Source: Trichosphaerium sp. ATCC 40318
Lineage: Eukaryota; Protista; Tubulinea
Length of the DNA: 64,000 nucleotides
Assembly: GCA_038496445.1 (NCBI GenBank)
Contig: JALMLS010000175.1
Coordinates: 1 to 64,000, forward strand
Direction of reading: 5' to 3'
Shown here: positions 14,170-26,852 of the stretch, piece by piece
Position numbering within the stretch: position 1 is the first letter of the stretch
Layout of the letters: every line of letters begins with the position of its first letter
Position numbers and translations under genes: made by a program
The notes under the pieces: model-generated
Database searches by the model: none
What the model was told of the DNA's origin: nothing
What the model saw: the letters and a program-made list of their open reading frames with translations, nothing else

Positions 14170-17100
14170 ATGAAACGTAAAGCAACGGGTCTTGACGGTG
14201 GCCCAGCGCGTAAGCGATTGTTGTCTGGTGATACGAGCGCGTTAAAGATAAAAGAAGCAATTATTGAACTAATCATAGATACTAATGCTACATCTGTTAC
14301 AGAGCGTCATCATGGTACAATTATTGAGTACTTTTAATTACCAAATGTAACGTGTCATGTAGAAACGCCGTTCATTAGTTCGGCGTTACTTATAGATGAG
14401 ATAAAAGCGAAAATAGACTTGTTAAAGGACGAAAATTATCAAGGATCAGCTAAACTAACCTCAAAACTTTTAATTGAATGGCTACAACGCGCCAAGGTGT
14501 CATATATCTACCATAATTTTATTTTAACGCCAAAACAGGATAGTTCAGAAAAAGATGTCATTGACACCGTTAAAAAAGTCCAAAATGTGCACAAACCAAG
14601 TCGTAAGGCATTCTTGGAGTATGCAACAAATTCAGCAGCGCCTCTTGTAAACGTACAATTGCTTATAGCGTTACACAAGTCAACAGACTTATTTTCTCTG
14701 AGGTTCGATTTTTAAACAAAATCCTAAGTTATTTGCAACGTTCTAGTGGTTAACCTTCGTATCAAAATTAGGGAATACTTTTCAAGAATAGACAATAAAA
14801 CTACATCGTCACTTGTAGATAATTTACGTGACTTGTCATCCAACCAAGGAGCGTTTAGAGGTGAATAATATTCAATGGTTTTTTTTTTTCGATTAATTAA
14901 GTGTAGAATTCCTGAGCATTCTTTTGACTGTATTATCTGAGAGGTTCTTGAGTAATTCACCTATATTCGCTTACATGTATTTTTGATTAGGGAGTCTCCT
15001 ATTTGCACCCGCATTCTTGAAGAACTTGTAACGATTGACTTTATACAAGAATCCAAAAGTACTCATTAATTTTTGCTCTTCATCTTTACTCACCACTTGA
15101 AAGATAACACCACAACTCTTTCAGTTCTACAACACTTTACAAAAATGGACCAACAAAGTGTTAAACCTTGGTTCCACCACGTATTGCACAGTATGCTTCA
15201 ATCAGGCTACAGCACTCCTTTAACCAACAGTAAGTTTACCTTTTTTAAAGTGAAAAAAAAAACCAAACAAACCATAATACTCATCTTGATTAGGTATCTC
15301 AGAGGCCGTAGACTTGCCTAAAACTCTAAAGAAAGTACTGAGAGAGCTGATATCATATTTCAAGCCTCTGGTAATTTTTGAGGAGATTCAAAAAGCGTTA
15401 ACAAGAGGAATAACTTCATCTTTTTTAATGACAAGATATTTTCTTGAGATCTTAATGCGTGAAGCCCCATTAAAGTCATTGAAAGCATCTAAGGCTTTAA
15501 TATGTAGTATAGCTACTGATTCAGTTGCTTTAGCAGATAACAGAAAGATGGCAGGTATGTTAAGCTAAACAATTCCAAGCTTTGTTTACTGATGTGTTTG
15601 TAGATTGTATCAAGTTACTTGAGTATATCACGACGTGTAATTCAGATGATGCATGGAAACCCCAATACAGTTCTTGGTTTCAAGTGCGTTCGTTTACATT
15701 GTACTTAAGGTTGTAATAACAGTATTAGTACTTGTTTGTAGATGCAGAAACAAGCGTTGTTAAAAATAAGAAAGGACAACAATTTTTATCTGATGTTTTG
15801 AACCATTTAGTTCAAACAACACCGACTCCTTTTCTTCGTGTATGTTACTATCTTGGATTGTATTACTTATTGATACTTACATGTTTATCAAAAGGCTAAT
15901 ATTAGAGCATTTCAAAACGTGAAGACCCGTTGTATAAAACTTTACAGAAAATCTGCTCAGAACAAGCTCCTTGATCGTGGTGATGAGTCTCAAGTTAAAC
16001 CTGTTGGTGAGTATAGATACCGACAATCTATTTATTATACTAAAACTGCTTAGAATCACCAGATGCGTATGTTGATGCATTCGTGGAGCTCTATGCAAAG
16101 TACGTAATAACATCTGTTGTTCGTCTAAGTTTGGATTAGGAAAAAAGTAGTACCCAAAGATCTGCATACTTTGCGACTTTTTAAGGCCAATTATTTCTCC
16201 AATATTTTCTTACCTGAGTTGCTTAAACCCGAACCTCTTGCTTTCATAAAGGGAACGCCAAAATACGGTCTAATCAATACGCTAGCAAACCAAAAGGTAA
16301 AGCCAAAAACTCGTTGGAAAATATTGACACTTTTAGTACATAAGTCGTGAGCTTTTACTAGACTGGAACAAGTCTTGTAGAGCTATGGATATCAATAATG
16401 TATGCGTTAGCGAAGAAGGAGTTATTGATATTCTTGAGAGCGCGTTTAAACAATTGGATAAAGCCCAAAGACAGCTTATCGAAGTAGTCAATGAAAATGG
16501 TAAGCTTTTTCTTAGTTTTTAGTTAATGTCTAGAAGGCGCTCCAACATCTATATCTGGTTGTATAGATAGAATATCGAAGGCAGTATTGCGTACTCTCGA
16601 ATTACCTAAAGAAGAACAGTATGCGGAACAAGAAGTCGCAATCGTGAATAGAACAACACGTGTTCTATTGAATACGTTTCACAGAATTGTAAAATCAAAG
16701 AACCTTTCTATCAAACAACATGCTAGATGGTATGGTATTTTAGATATCCTTAATTTAGTATTACTTATTGCATTGTTACAGGGCAACACCATTTGTAGAA
16801 AATTTATTTATTCGACATCCAGCATTGCAAAGAACTTTAGTGAAGAAGATTCAAAGTATTATCTCTGTGGAACAAAAAGCAAAGATTATCGACAATACAC
16901 AACTTTCTTCATTGTCGAATCTATTAGCCCTTCATGGCGCAATGATGGAGCCTGGATCAAAGGTATGCATACAAGGTTATTTATAAACAGCTTATTAAAG
17001 CGAAGAACCCTGTGGAGCGTATTTTTAGCCATCGACCTAAAACTGTTGCACAGTTTACTGTGCTTTCTCAATTGGCTGTGAATTGCATGGTAACTATTCT

Positions 17101-18973
17101 TGAGATGTTTCCAAAAGTACATGTTGATAAGCACACAATGTTGCCTAGTAGTAAGTACCAGACAGAAGGAGATCAAGTTCAATGTGATGCATCCAATAGA
17201 GGTAAACTTGTGTTCTGATAGTGATGTTTTTTACGTGTTTCATTTACTCACTTCTGTCTGACAGGTAGAATACCTCTATGTATATTACGTAATCTCATGT
17301 GGGTGCGTGGACGATTGAAATTTAAAAGAGGAAATTTCATGGGCCTTGATAAAGGCCGTGTTGAAAAACTCAACCGGCTAACTTCTGATTTAAAAAATCT
17401 GTTTATTGATCCAGTCGTTAAAGTACAAAAACCGATAAAATTAGCCATAACATTAACGTCATATTGTAAAGGTTTTGATGAAGAGGAACAGAGGAATAAT
17501 GGATATAGAATCATGGCTTTCACACGAAATCGTTATCACTGATGACTTTTTGAGTATGCAAAGGTACGATCTCTAGATGGTCATATTTTTTCTTGTAATT
17601 TTCTTTGTTTTTCATGTTGAGTAAACTACAACCCTATAGGGCTCTGCTTTTACCTTACGCTAACTTTCTGCGCTTCTTAATAGACTTATGGAATACACAA
17701 GACATGTGTTATTTACCGATATGTTGCAAGCTAAAAAAGATGAAACAACATTCTGCAAGCAGTTCTTTGAGGTTTTAATCAAGCTGAAAAAAAGCGAAGA
17801 TAGTGTTCGTATTTTTCAATTATCATCAATTTGCGCCGATATGTGTATGAGAGTATCTTCATCAATCGAATCAAATGAAAGGTAGGATCACGTGTTCTTT
17901 CTGAGCCAAGTTTTTTTCCCTTTTTTTGCGTTCGCATACTGACACGTTCTGTTTAGTTGGATTATGAATTGGATTGAACAGTTTCTGCGGCTAGATAAAC
18001 CTGTCAAAGACTTTGATGATATGCTGTGTTTATTACAATCTTGGCCTCCTTATTTCATTTTAACAAGCCGATTGAAGCCAAGGTTAATAAGATCTTCATA
18101 TCACATGTTTTTCTAAATTTCTATTTAGTGTTGAAACACTGTCTAAATCTTTAGAACGATTAAAAACTGTATATATACTAGGAATGGAAACTAATAAGAA
18201 TGTATTGTCCTGTCAGCATGTATCAGAACACTGTACGGACGTTTGGAGACTTTTTACGAGATTTACTAATTTTTTTTTTTAAAGATGTTGACTTTCATTG
18301 CCTTGTCTTATGCAGCTTGGCTGACATTGTATCAATGAACTCAGAAACAAATGATGTTTCAGATACTTTAAAGGTACGTTTAAGAGTATCTACGCGTCCC
18401 TAACATGCCACAAGGAGTTTGTTGAGAGTAATCAAGACTTTATTGTTGAATGGGCTTGCATATGGAATACATTGACTGTAAGAACACAAAGTGTTCTTTC
18501 TAAAATTTCATGCTTCGCAACAATATCAAGTCTTGCGTCTTGTATTCAATGCTTTCTTGAGCCACAGTACGCATTGCTTAAACTTAGTTTTTATTAATGA
18601 GAACGACTTATAGGCGTATTCATTGGAATGTTGTTGAAGACTGTGTTATTTCTTTTCCAGATTTAACAGCGAAATCGATGTTTTCTGCGTCAGTACGTAG
18701 GATACAAGAACCATTAACAAATGGGTATGATGAAGGCGTATTATTAAGTAATAAGATTTGTGCATTAATAAAGTACACAAAAGAGGTATGTTGTGAAGAA
18801 AGCAACATTAGCAAAAGCGATATTAAAATACATTCTAGGAACTTGAAGATGATGACAATATTTTCTTGTCACACTTACGTATGTGCCTAGAAAAGGCTTC
18901 AGGCATGCTTAAATATGTTAATGACAAGGCTTCCATAGAAGGATTTATAAATCAGCTACATAGCGCATTGTAA
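14170..18973 (+). CDS. Fanconi anemia group A (FANCA)-like large helical protein; multi-exon
   Basis: N-terminal bipartite NLS (MKRK...RKRLL). Segments YSSWFQ..KKGQQFLSDVLNHLVQTTPTPFLR and KVPKDLHTLRLFKANYFSNIFLPELLKP resemble the conserved FANCA core, by recalled alignment. Confidence 0.6.
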
Positions 18974-19334
18974 CAATATTGTAAAAACACGTGAATATTT
19001 TCAAAAAAAGTATCCAAATAGCTTTCGATGCTTGACAATACCTTAAGTGTACTTTATTTAATCTATTAAAATCATAGAAATATCGGCTCGACTCCTACAT
19101 GCGGTATCAGTCTGTCAAGACAATATATATTATAGACTGTCTACACAACTTAATTAAGGCGTTGTGGCAGCATTTGATTGTACATGTTTTGACTTCTGCT
19201 TATGATTGTTACAAGAAAATTAACGAAAAGTGATACTGGTACAAATGTAGTGTTTTATGAAGAAAAGCCGTCTTTGCATCAATCAACATCTTGCGTCAAA
19301 TAAACATACTGTAAACCGATTTGAGCCTCATCTA

Positions 19335-20471
19335 CTATATGTCAACAAAAATTGCAGGTTGATGCTCTTTCAGCGCTTTGACTCCTTCATCAGTTATATG
19401 TCCACAATTACACAGACCAATAATGTATACACCTGATAAAGCCTTTAATCCTTCATCTGTTACTTTTGTGCGATCCAAGTAAATAGTATGTACACCAGCC
19501 AACGCTTTCAAGCCTTCATCAGTCACATTTGTATATGATAAATCTATAGTGTGCACACCTGCCAATGCCTTGATACCGTCATCAGTTAAAAGTAAACAAT
19601 AAGACAGATTGATATTGTATACACCTGACAACACCTTCAATCCTTCACCTGATACTTTTGTGAATGTTAAGTTAATAGTATGTACACCAGCCAACGCTTT
19701 CAAGCCTTCATCAGTCACATTTGTATATGATAAATCTATAGTGTGCACACCTGCCAATGCCTTGACTCCTTCATCACTTATTTGTTTACAAGATGCCAAG
19801 CAGATAGTATGTACGCCACCTAATGCTTTCAATTCCTTATCTCTTACGCATTGCAGACCGCGTAAATCGATGGTATGTACACCAGACAATGCCCTTATAC
19901 CTTTATCTATGGCATTGCAACCTTGTAAATTGATTTCGTATACCCCAGCCAATGCCTTGACTCCTTCATCATTTATTTGTTTACAACCGAACAAGTTGAT
20001 AGTGTGTACGCCAGATAATAGCTTTAAGTCTTCATCACAAACTCCGGTGATAGATAAATCAATACTGTGAACACCTGCCAGTGACTTAAAGCATTCATTG
20101 TTCAGATTAACATTTGACAAATTAATAGTATGTACGCCTTCTAATGCCCTTATTCCTTCGATTGTTATATCTCCACAACATCTTAAGTCTATTGATCTTA
20201 CACCAGCAAGTAGGTGCAAATACCTATCGGCACGAAATCCAAAGTTCTCCATTGACAAATGTGTATTTTGAAGTAACAGGCTGCCAGAAAGTATGTCTAT
20301 GTTTGTCCTCGAAACCATGATAGAACCATATCCAATGTATTTATGTACGATATTTCGCATGAAATGGCATGTTTGAGCTGATTTGAGTGTAAATACACCT
20401 TGTTTAAGGATATGAACTACTATTTCGACAGGGAGATCAACTATACTCTCATTTGTGGTATTACTTGCCAT
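19335..20471 (-). CDS. F-box + leucine-rich repeat protein, intronless
   Basis: N-terminal IVDLPVEIVVHIL F-box motif, then ~13 repeats of GVHTIDLS..VTDEGxKALA. Confidence 0.9.
   Translation of the reverse strand: MASNTTNESIVDLPVEIVVHILKQGVFTLKSAQTCHFMRNIVHKYIGYGSIMVSRTNIDILSGSLLLQNTHLSMENFGFRADRYLHLLAGVRSIDLRCCGDITIEGIRALEGVHTINLSNVNLNNECFKSLAGVHSIDLSITGVCDEDLKLLSGVHTINLFGCKQINDEGVKALAGVYEINLQGCNAIDKGIRALSGVHTIDLRGLQCVRDKELKALGGVHTICLASCKQISDEGVKALAGVHTIDLSYTNVTDEGLKALAGVHTINLTFTKVSGEGLKVLSGVYNINLSYCLLLTDDGIKALAGVHTIDLSYTNVTDEGLKALAGVHTIYLDRTKVTDEGLKALSGVYIIGLCNCGHITDEGVKALKEHQPAIFVDI
19482..19765. repeat. Identical 92-bp internal direct repeat in the LRR gene (19482-19573 and 19674-19765)
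   Basis: Direct base-by-base comparison; offset 192 nt, in frame. Confidence 0.9.
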
Positions 20472-21128
20472 GTTCTTTCTGAAATACTTGTTGAAATATC
20501 TTTGAACTGTGACTTATCACAAATAGTTTAAGCTACACAAAAAAAACACGTGAGATATTTTTAGTTTTTATTGCAATGTTCGAAAACACATGGAGAAAAA
20601 ACAAAACGTAGTTATTGATTTTTATTTGACTCTGCGTAGAATCTTTTTTTATAAATCTCAAGCATTTCAAACGTTTTATGTTCGCTGTGGCGTACCTCAA
20701 AGTTTAACTGTTTTGGTATTCGAAACACTTGTTGGACGTGGTTGTTACCAAAATATTACTGAAATAACAATGTTAGGAGAAATAATTATACAGGCGCGTG
20801 CTCGTTCGATTGTCTTTGTATTTGGTACGTTACTGTGTACCTTATGTGATCTTTATGTTGATCCTTTATACCAGATCTTGCCACATTGAAAACGTAATAT
20901 CTTCTTTCATTGCTAGCAATATCAAGTCTATGTTACCAATGGTTTGTGACATGCAGTTCTATGTTAACCATCTCCTGTGTTGCAATCTATTTAATAGTAG
21001 GTACTACGAAATATTATTTAACTAAACACCAGATGTTGTTGTAAGATACTTTATTTAGGGTACAACAAGACACGTTTTTGTTAGTGAGTTACAACATATT
21101 GGCATGCCTTTGAGGCCTGTTTCTTTCC

Positions 21129-22472
21129 TTAACGTGATGCTTCAAGTTGGTCTTCTTCATATATAATGTCGCTGATACTTATAACTGTGTGTTCTTTGAA
21201 ATAAGTGCGGAGAAGAATATTCTTCTTGAAGAAACCATGGAAGTTCATTGATCCATCTTTATTCCACTTTCTGTAATGACCATCTTTTTTGCCGTTTTCG
21301 TATTGGCATCTTTTTGCAATCTTACCATTTCTATACCATATCTCACAACTACCATGTTTTTTATTATCAACAAAGTTCTTAATCCCCATTATAAGACCAC
21401 TATCATACCATCTTTTATATTCACCTTTTTTTTTATTGTGAGAATACTCACATTCTTTGATCAAAACACCAGATTCTCGCCATACTCGATATCGGCCGTG
21501 CTTGCTGCCACGATGATATGCACTGTCATATTCTAGCTTTCCATTTTTGTGCCATTGTCTAAAATCACCATGTAGTAAACCGTCAACCATATTAAGCGCT
21601 TCGGAAGCATTTTTTCCATTCTTAAAAAAACCTTGGTGTAAGCCATTCTCTTTGCCATCAATATAAAAATTCAATTGACATTTTTCACCACTATCATAGT
21701 ACTTCGTAGCTTTGCCTTGCTTTAAGCCATTTTTATAAGTACACTCATAGATAAGTATACCTTTTTTAGTCTCTGTATATTTTCCTTCTCTTTTTCCTTC
21801 AGTATTATAAAAACATTTCGATGTTGCTGGTGTTATATAGTACTGTCCATGTTGCCAGTGTACTTTTCCTTCAATATCGACTTTCATACAATATCTTTGA
21901 TGTTCGCCGTCTTTCCAATAACTTTCTTCAATGAGCTGACCGGATTTATTCCATATTTTTCTTAAACCATGCCTTAATCCTTCTTTGTAGTGAACTTCTT
22001 CGTGAACTTGACCATTTGGCCCGCACACCAAGTGTACACCTATCGGAGACCCTTTGTTGTATTCCCACTGTCTAGATAGTTTACCATCTATATGGTACTC
22101 TTTAATTTGACCATCAAGCTCTCCTTTATGACATGCTCCTTCTTCTCTTAACAGACCAGAAGCGAACCATTTTTTGTACTCTCCATGTTTTTTACCTTCC
22201 TCATACAACGTGCTGCTATAAAGAACTCCATTATCATGCCACACGCGCGACAAGCCGTGTAGAATACCGTTTTTGTAGTTTATTGCTTTCCAAAGAGAGT
22301 TTCGAGGGTGTGGATAGTTTTTGACAAAACACCCATGTTTTTCAAGATGGCTATTGAACCTAGACGTTAAAGCTGCTTGGTAGTTTAGTAAAGGCCACTT
22401 TACATACACACTACGGTCTAAACTTCTTATTAAGTATTGCAACTCTCCAGGAATACCAAGCAATGTATTCAT
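21129..22472 (-). CDS. F-box-like + MORN-variant (YwqK-type) repeat protein, intronless
   Basis: LLGIPGELQYLI N-terminus; repeated YKxGxKHGxYxxWxxNG units. Confidence 0.88.
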   Translation of the reverse strand: MNTLLGIPGELQYLIRSLDRSVYVKWPLLNYQAALTSRFNSHLEKHGCFVKNYPHPRNSLWKAINYKNGILHGLSRVWHDNGVLYSSTLYEEGKKHGEYKKWFASGLLREEGACHKGELDGQIKEYHIDGKLSRQWEYNKGSPIGVHLVCGPNGQVHEEVHYKEGLRHGLRKIWNKSGQLIEESYWKDGEHQRYCMKVDIEGKVHWQHGQYYITPATSKCFYNTEGKREGKYTETKKGILIYECTYKNGLKQGKATKYYDSGEKCQLNFYIDGKENGLHQGFFKNGKNASEALNMVDGLLHGDFRQWHKNGKLEYDSAYHRGSKHGRYRVWRESGVLIKECEYSHNKKKGEYKRWYDSGLIMGIKNFVDNKKHGSCEIWYRNGKIAKRCQYENGKKDGHYRKWNKDGSMNFHGFFKKNILLRTYFKEHTVISISDIIYEEDQLEASR

Positions 22473-23028
22473 AGCGTGTTGTCCTGGTGGTTGTTAGAGA
22501 AGAAAAAAAAAGTGGAATGTTCAGTGAACTTTATTTAGGAAACGCTAGTAGATCCTTCTTGGCAAATGGGTTACCAATTCAGTCATCTAAAAAAACAAAA
22601 TAGCGAAAACTGCAAGGAAGCAACTTGTGTTGCAACGTGACACAATAAGTCTCTCACTGTTAACTCTAGCTTAAATGTTGCTCAGACACGTGATGACTTA
22701 TTAAACTTAACATTTATTCGCTCAAGCCCTTTTGAGGTGTTGGTTGATAATAAATGACTGTTTTACTGGGAAAGTGGCGGTAGTAGCAGTCCACTATACC
22801 GCCCATACCTATACTATTGTGAAATTCTTGCTCTGCCTAACCTCGCTTTGATTGACAGCATCAAACCTGTAGCAATCTCAAAGCCTTTCGTTGCCAATGT
22901 TACTTTGCTGCTTAATAGTGAATTAAGTGATATGATCCAAATAGCACGTGATAGTAATATCAGTATAACCTGGACGCGTGTCAAACTTCAAAAAGATGGC
23001 ACTTTGCAAGCTTGAAAAGCGTTACAGG

Positions 23029-25137
23029 ATGAAAAATATTAGAAATTACCTCGTTGCCCAGCAAAGTCCTTTAGAAGCGGCAGGCGAAGAAATGCCAAGC
23101 GAAGGCGAAGTAAATACTCAATTTGAAGCGCTCATGGTGACTACTCGATAGTGCACTTTTTAATACTCTAACCAACAATATTAGGATGATTTGGGTGCGC
23201 TAGAAGATTATTGACAACAGTACGAAGTTATTATATAACGACCTCTTAGGTATGAGCAGGGAGCAATCCAGTTTTGATACAAAGAAAAAATGGACGCTTG
23301 TTAGACAGCATAAGGTTTTATCTGAGCGTGAAACTACTCATGGAGTACCTTACTGTATTGATATGCTTCAAGAGAATGATATTAACTTTAAGTCTGTTAA
23401 ACATCTAACGCAAGTACTCGAGCAAGCTAATCCTAGTTGGCACGCTGATTTCTCTGCGCAAGGTAGTTTTTCAGATTTTATCCAAAACAATTTGTCACGT
23501 GATTTTTATTTTTAGAACTTTTGAAACTTTTTTTATCAGATTTTTATTCTTTTTGTTTTAGGTGGTGTCGAGTTGTTGCTATCACAACTAAAGAAACTTC
23601 TGGTTGAAAAAGCTATAGATACTCAGTACGTACTTCTCAAAACTAGTGAGATTAATGAAGCCAAGAAAACTTACACGAGAACGAGCTTCAAATCAAGTCA
23701 AGGTACATTTAATTGTTACAATATAATTTATTTATTGTTACGTACAGATGAAGTACAATTATGATCACCTTGCACGATTACAAGAGAAGAACACATTATT
23801 ATTACAAGAGATGCAGAAACAAGAAGAGATGCTTGCAGAATTGGTACAAAGCTACAGTAGTGTCACGGACTAATAAATACACAGACAAACCAAAAAATGA
23901 TAAACTATGATGAGATTAAAGTAGGCACAGAAATAGCGAAAGGTAATCAAGGAAGCGTTAGCCTGGGTACATGGAGAGGAAGCAAAGTAGGAACTACATA
24001 AAACGATAACATTTGTGTGTTACTCATTATTCTTTCTAGGTCGCCTTAAAGAGTATACTTCACGCTGAGGCAGCAAAAGACTTAAAAAACGAAGCTGCAA
24101 AATTTATGCAACTACGCCCACACGTGAGTAATTTTCAAGGATATCAATGATTTATGGTTTGTTTCTACAGGTGAATGTTGTCAGATTTATAGGATTGGCA
24201 ATAGCAAATGATGACAGCTTGGTGATTGTAAATGAATATGTCACTAGAGGTTCTTTGTGTGAGATGTTAAGAGACGATAATCAAGTATTTAATAAAAGCC
24301 AGCTACTAAAAATATGTCAAGGAACTGCTGCAGGTAACCGAACAACAACGTTGAACTCGAAATACATTGTTAAAAAACCCCAACACTTACATCTGTATTC
24401 TGTTAGGTATACATCATCTACACTGTGAGGGTATTGTAAGAAAAAATGATTGATCGATTCTATCAGTTTAAACTAATTGGTTTCTGTTGTTAGGTTCATC
24501 GAGACATTGCTGCAAGGAATGTTTTGATATCACATGATTTTATACCTAAAGTTACAGATTTCGGTTTTGCAAGATCTTTGGAACATCAAGAAGAGTGGCG
24601 GAGCACATTAGCAGGTAATATAAATTGTGCTTTGATATGTGCATATTAAACAAATTATATAAAAGGTTCCATTCCTCTACGATGGATGGCACCGGAATCA
24701 TTAGTTCCAGATACCCAAAACAAGATTATGTACAGTATTTATTCTGATGTTTGGATGTATGGAATGCTCTTGTTCGAAATAGTAACACGGAGTGTTCCAT
24801 TCTACTGGATTAAAGGTAATCTCAAAATATGCCTTATAGCGCTATTCTAAAAAAGGTTACTATAGATTCTATCAAAGTAGCAGAAGGCGTAAGAGATGGT
24901 ATCCTTAAGCTACCAAGGTGCAGTAGTTTATACATTGTTTATTAGTGTTGGTACTCAAGTGTTTTTTCAAGGCCGTCTTGTCCGTCCTTGGTAAAGATTG
25001 CTTCAGTGATGGATAGTGCATTACGTACACAACCTTATAAGAGACCTAGAATGTCGGCTATTCTCGAAACTATGATGTTGATGGAAGACAATGATATGAA
25101 CCATTGGCAACCATCAGAAGAAGAAAAGATGTGCTAG
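23029..25137 (+). CDS. Tyrosine kinase(-like) with N-terminal formin GTPase-binding (Drf_GBD)-like region; multi-exon
   Basis: Kinase motifs [38 protein letters not shown]-terminus [46 protein letters not shown]. Confidence 0.85.
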
Positions 25138-25260
25138 TAAGTAAATCAATTGTTAACTGGCCAGGAAAAGTTGTACATATAACGTTGTAGTAAAACAAAA
25201 TAAAGTTATAAATAGATTGTGCTTGTACATGTGAGTTATTTGCAAGAACAGAAAAAAAAT

Positions 25261-25368
25261 GATGAGTATCGAATTGAAGTGTAGTCCGCTACGCTCCGTG
25301 GGGGGAGGGTTGGCAGAAGAGTTACGTTTCGTCAGGAAATCTAAGATGACTACACCTCGTGGCTCATC
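25261..25368 (-). ncRNA. Putative novel Pol III small structured RNA, copy 1 (108 nt)
   Basis: Termini GAUGAG/CUCAUC pair; 11-bp helix GAGGUGUAGUC/GACUACACUUC; poly-T immediately downstream; paralog at 30263-30389. Confidence 0.75.
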
Positions 25369-25392
25369 GATAGAAATATCAACACGTGACAC

Positions 25393-25431
25393 TTTTAAAC
25401 ACGAGCACAAACAAAAAAAATAGTTGTGGGA
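25393..25431 (-). promoter_or_regulatory. snRNA-type upstream promoter: DUSE-like TCCCACAA (25424-25431, -63) plus TATA-like TTTAAAA (-25..-31)
   Basis: Exact match to the Dictyostelium DUSE consensus WCCCAYAA at its canonical ~63-nt distance. Spacing is conserved in copy 2. Confidence 0.7.
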
Positions 25432-25637
25432 AAAAACCTGTGCCAAATTTCTACAGTACCATTTAGATCATAAAAGTGTAAAAGCACCTGTACAGTAGCT
25501 TACTTCAATACGTACTGACAATGTCATTTTCATTGAATGAAATTAATGGCAGCAATGTTAACTTATAAGCACGCTTGCTGAATAGTATCCACAACATTCG
25601 TATCCCTGCAATTACTACCTTTATTGGAGTGGTACAT

Positions 25638-26404
25638 TTAGGCGTCAATCCACTGCTTGATTGGCTCCAGAGAAATAACAGCATTGTACATTTTGCTCAA
25701 ACGAGGTACAGGTTTAAGGTCAAGAGACTCAGGTACAGTCAAAGATACATCTCTTATCATTGATGCGACCAAAATATCTGCGAAAGAAACTTCCTTGCCT
25801 GTACAACCGAGTTAGTCACATTAAACCTACTGAAAACGAATCTACCTGAGAAGTAGTCGCCCTCAGTTTGACCCAAAATGGTGTCAAAGGCTTTGAGTTG
25901 AGTTTTTTGGTATTCAGCAAACTTTTGCTTATCTCCGCCTGCCAACACAACAGGTACCCAAGCATCGCGATAAGAAATGTACGCAGATGCTGCTCTATCA
26001 CTGTGATAGTCTTTGATATCATCAACGCCATATTTACCAAGTTTCTTTGCCATGTATCTTATCATCGGCACATGCTCGCACATGTTAAGACCTTACCCTT
26101 TATCAGAATTGTAACAACCAAGAGTCAACTCTTACCGTTCAAGTGCAAGATTGGAACACCGCCAAAAGGATTCACCCCACTGCTTATAATATTCTCCTTT
26201 TTTTTCAGGCCAAGCGCCAGGGAAATCAATAATCTCCTCAGTAAACTTGATGCCGTTCAATAACATGAAAAATCTAAGTTGATTTAGTTGAGTCTTATTC
26301 AAAGTTGGACAGTACCTGACTGGACCACCGCGTCCTCCAAGTTTACCAAGCTGAATGTAAGTGAACTTTGGAGTACATCCGATTTTATCGTTCGCTGTTG
26401 TCAT
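25638..26404 (-). CDS. Glutathione S-transferase family protein; multi-exon
   Basis: KFTY..GGRGGPVRFFMLLNGIKFTE, NPFGGVPIL (after a homopolymer +1 shift) and a C-terminal helical GST domain. Confidence 0.8.
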
Positions 26405-26852
26405 TGTTGTTGTTCTTTCAATTTGTGATGAAATATTATTTTTGTAATTTTCTTCCACTTTCTCCGTTTAGAAATCGTTCCTCGGCAACCATTATTGTGT
26501 ACTAACAGATTAATCGCTGTGAGTATTGCTTACTGGTTTATTGTAGTTTGACTGATAGTGTTTGGGTTCTCCTCGGGTCACTTTCCTGATATAGTAATTG
26601 ACCCTCGTTAGTTTTTTCAAAATGTACCTGATGTAATCTTACGTGTAAAAAATCCAAAGCGGTACACCACAAAAGGTTACTCTAATTACATAGAAACAAA
26701 AAACCACATTGTTGTCAGAAATACACTTTGTACGATAACACTACGTTCTAGAAAACCATAGCTATTTTAAGTGGCTCTACAATATAGTTTTCAGTGAAAT
26801 GAGCTTAAGTCTACACAGTTTTGATTCTAATGCAGTTTACCAGACATTAAAC

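Noticed and set aside
9101-18973. MLH1 and FANCA-like as a functional DNA-repair cluster
   Set aside because: Only two genes, separated by an unrelated gene; chance is plausible without synteny evidence.
19609-20070. Antisense/shadow ORFs (also 28396-28854, 12605-13075, 34515-34805, 58329-58616)
   Set aside because: They are by-products of repetitive or biased coding on another frame or strand.
25300-25316. CCAACCCU in copy 1 as a telomerase template
   Set aside because: Not conserved in copy 2, where it forms a hairpin arm.
25320-25340. CUGACGAAAC in the small RNA as a hammerhead ribozyme core
   Set aside because: CUGANGA and GAAA overlap with no stem II, and the stem I/III geometry is not met.
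1090-26200. Multiple 1-nt frameshifts (about 1100, 2126, 8340, 26200) as programmed frameshifting or RNA editing
   Set aside because: At least two fall in homopolymer runs and they share no signal. Long-read assembly error is the simpler explanation; raw reads are needed.
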